A stretch of DNA of 64,000 nucleotides from a candidate division FCPU426 bacterium (GTDB lineage Bacteria; Oederibacteriota; Muellerivitia; Muellerivitales; Muellerivitaceae). The stretch lies in contig CAWHOE010000046.1 in the NCBI GenBank assembly GCA_963830915.1, forward strand, positions 85,358 through 149,357. The letters are read 5' to 3'. The translations under genes were made by a program, and so were the position numbers. The notes under the pieces were generated by a model. That model saw only the letters and a list, made by a program, of their open reading frames with translations, did not search any database and was not told where the DNA came from. Below, piece by piece: positions 61,015-64,000 of this stretch; position 1 is the stretch's first letter; every line of letters starts with the position of its first letter.

Positions 61015-61863
61015 ATGCCGCACGTCCGGGACCCTGTCGATTCGGCCGGTCGGCTCGCGCGGAGACTTCTCTTGAAAACCTGCTCTCTTGCCGGCCGCCT
61101 CGCGGCCCTCGCCGTGGCGTTTCTGTCTCTTCCCGCCACGCCGGCACTCGCCCAGAAGAAGGCCCCTCAGGGTGCCAAAATCCTGCTCCTGAGCGGCGGC
61201 CGGCGCAGCACCACGGCTACCGTGAGCAAGCATTGTACCTGGCCGGCATCCTGGAAGACACCGGCCGCTACAAGGTCACCATCGACGAGGACGCCGCCGT
61301 CCTGCTCTCGCCCGCCCTGGCCCGATACGACCTGATCCTCGTCACGGCCGATCGCCGTGACGATGAGCACAAGTTCACCCTCCCGCAACAGCAGGCCCTG
61401 CTCGACTGGGTCAAGGCAGGCCACGGCTTCGTCTCGATCCATGCCGCCGACAATGCCGCGAAGGACTGGATTCCGGCCTGGCGCGAGATGCTCGGGGGGA
61501 TTTTTTCGCACGTCGGTCTACCGGACGGCAAGGTGCAGAAGGGGACCTACCGGATCAAGATCGCCAACACCTCCACACGATCACCAGAGGGCTCGCCGAT
61601 TTCGAGCTGAAGGACGAGTTGTATTACTTCATGCAGATGCAGCCCGACGTCGAGCCTCTGGCCACGACCGAGTACAAGGGGCGGAACCTGGCCCGTCGCG
61701 TGGGCTCGCACGTACGGCCGCGGACGCGTCTTCCACACCCCGCTGGGCCACCGCGACTTCGGAGCCGACAAGCCCGACCCCCTGCGCGACCCCAACCTCA
61801 CACAGTCTCGTGCTCCAGGGGGTCGACTGGGTGGCCAAGGGCAAGCTGCGCGCTGGAAAGTGA
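61015..61863 (+). pseudogene. ThuA-like (class I glutamine amidotransferase-like) domain protein, frameshifted
   Basis: KILLLSGG..HHG, LARYDLI, ALLDWVKAGHGFVSIHAAD, MLGG.F.H, DELY, YGRGRVFHTPLGH, QGVDWVA. Confidence 0.75.
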
Positions 61864-61899
61864 AGCAACGCGGGCTTTGACGGTCGCTTCAACCCGCCC

Positions 61900-63830
61900 G
61901 ATCAGTGGTTCGCGGGATCCCCGCCGGACGCGTATGTAATGGTCCGTCACATCAGCGTGGATGGCTTCAGCCCGGATGCGGGGCATGTGACAGCCGAGGC
62001 ATCCCTTCTTCGCGCCCACGGGACAGACGACGGAGTTCGACTCGGATGTGGAGGCGGCGGCGACGGCGACGGACTTCGTTTCGGTTAGGCCCGGCGGGGC
62101 GTGACGCGACGGTCGAAGCGTGGCAGAGAAGACATTTCGCCTCGTATTCGCGGTGCTCGTTGACCTGGCGGGCGCATGGGGGTCGTGGCAGGTGACGCAG
62201 CCGAGGCGCCCTTGCTCTCGGTGTTGCACCGACTCATCCCCCAGCCGAGGCGAGGCTTGCGAGCGTAAGACCGCCGGGAACTTGGCGTATTCGGCGTCGG
62301 ACGCGGTCTTCTGGCCCAGGAGGTGGCATTCGTTGCATTGAGTCTCGGAAACGGCATGGGGCGAGGCAGCGGAAGCCGTAGGGTTGACGACGGCCATGTC
62401 CGGGATCCTCCCCTTCGATCGCCGCAATATGGTCTCCGCCCGGCCCGTGGCAGCGTTCGCATCCGATAGCCCGGTCGGCCGTCTCGGGGCCGACCCGGTC
62501 GCGGCGGGCCCACGCCTGGTCGTGTGGCAGTGCAGGCATTTGGGCACGCCGTCACGCATCGTGGGGTGGCCCCTGGAACTGGTCACCAACGGTCGCCTCC
62601 ATCGCGTCTAGTGCGGAATGGTCCCAGCCCGTGCCCTCCGGCGTGCGATAAAACGACATCCGCGCGATCCGGTACTGGCCTCTCCTGTCACGGTTGACCA
62701 TCGTCAGGTACCGGTCGGCCGTCCCGAAGGCGTATTCCACCACGGCCTCGAAGACCTCGTCGCCCACCCGCGTCTGTTCCACAAGCTCGCCGTTTTTCTC
62801 GAGCACGAAGTGGGTGACCTTGGGGTTATCGGTGTCGGGTAGCGGGTCGCGGGACCAGGGAGCGGCTTGAGCTGGTCTCCACGGTAATAGCTCTGCGTGT
62901 GTCGGCTGGCCTGGGAGATCTTGAAGATGGTTGCGTGGCACCGCACGCACCGCTCCTCACCCACGTACGGGCTCGGCTCGGGTTCCAGCGGGTGCTCAGC
63001 GCGGTAGGTCCCGGCCCTGGAGAGGGCGTCGCGTGCCGCGGAAAGATTTCCCTCCTGAAGGTACGCCCGGCTGAGGAGCCAGGAGGCTTCTGGATCGGGA
63101 CTGTAGCGAGGATCGTCTCGATCTGCCTCCGGGCCTCGACCGGGAGGGACGTCTGAAGGAAGGTGCGGGCGATGAGCTTCCCAAGTGTCGGGGGATCGCC
63201 TGACCGTGCGATTTCCAGCGGGTCTCGGCTCGAGCGCGAGGCGGAACGCCTCCAGGGCACTGGAATGTCGTTACCAAGAGCGCCAACGGCCCCGAGCATC
63301 ATCAGGCCTCGCGCCTCACGACCCGGCTCCCGGGAAAGCCTCTCGGCGCCCCGCATCGCGTCCTCGAAACGACGCGATTGCAGAAGGTGATGCGTCAGCT
63401 CTTCAAGCGACGATGCGGGCATCGGCCCCGGCGTCAAGGGCGGCCTTCCACGCCCTCGAGGCCGGGTTGGGCTGTCCCAGTCGCTCCAGGGCAGCCCGAG
63501 CAGGACGTAGTCCTCAGCCTGAAAGTCGCGTCCGTTTGAGCCGGCGGTGGTAAGTGGCCAACGCCGGCTCGTCGCGGCCGAGTCGGACCGAGGTTCGCCC
63601 GACCAGGCGGATGGCATCAAGGTCGTCGGCCGAGTTTTGAGCACGTCGCGGGCGTGACCGGCAGCGGCCGTCCAGTCGCCCTGGTCATAGGCGCGACGGG
63701 CCTTCGTCAGATCGTCGGGGAACAGTCGTGGATAGGCGACGCGATACCCAGCCACGCAGACGGCCACCCCAACCGCCGCGACCGCGACCCTGAACCCGAG
63801 CCGCTTTTACCCCGAACCTCTTCACGCATG
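61900..63830 (-). pseudogene. TPR + multiheme c-type cytochrome protein, heavily frameshifted (boundaries approximate)
   Basis: N-terminal TPR-like helices; CxxCH motifs across frames (CVRCH, CLHCH, IGCERCHGPG, CNECH, CVTCHDPH, CLLCH, CLGCHMP); terminal TDHYIR. Confidence 0.7.
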
Positions 63831-64000
63831 GCCGGACAGCTCCACTTCGATGCCGGAATCGGCGCAAACCACAGTGCCAACACTCAGCCGTCATCTCGTT
63901 TGCAAACGAGGTCCGGGGTCTCGGTCGGCGTCTTCCGGAGGCGTCGATCGCGAAAGCGTGTCTCGCTTCCTCGACGGTACACCGGAAACGAGCAATGCGT

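Overview
Bacterial chromosomal window of two very different parts. Positions 1 to ~57,970 are mostly intact, moderately GC-rich genes, nearly all on the minus strand. In order: yicC-gmk-rpoZ-coaBC; a rearranged MoxR/DUF58/BatA-D operon; CIRCE-regulated groESL; HU; a fatty-acid beta-oxidation cluster; rqcH; and a Bacillus-order pyrimidine operon (pyrR-B-C-carA-carB ... pyrK-D ... pyrF-E) with a PyrR attenuator. An ~18.5 kb accessory block splits the pyr operon. It holds the most unusual locus: a 2063-aa secreted protein with ~1,500 residues of near-strict Thr-X alternation and a FlgD-Ig/T9SS-like C-terminal domain, translationally coupled to a PorV/PorQ-like beta-barrel fused to FN3-like domains. 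The same block has a spacer-less 43-bp tandem array, an atypical TPR-GH3, queE-queC and a multi-CBM clan GH-A hydrolase. Short period-7 and ~10-bp degenerate repeats are scattered in intergenic DNA, and one lies inside carA. At ~57,980 the sequence switches abruptly, inside a GT-C glycosyltransferase gene, from AT-rich to very GC-rich, frameshift-riddled, Planctomycetes-like DNA. This is most likely an assembly or read chimera. All product calls are by-eye motif recognition; no database searches were run.
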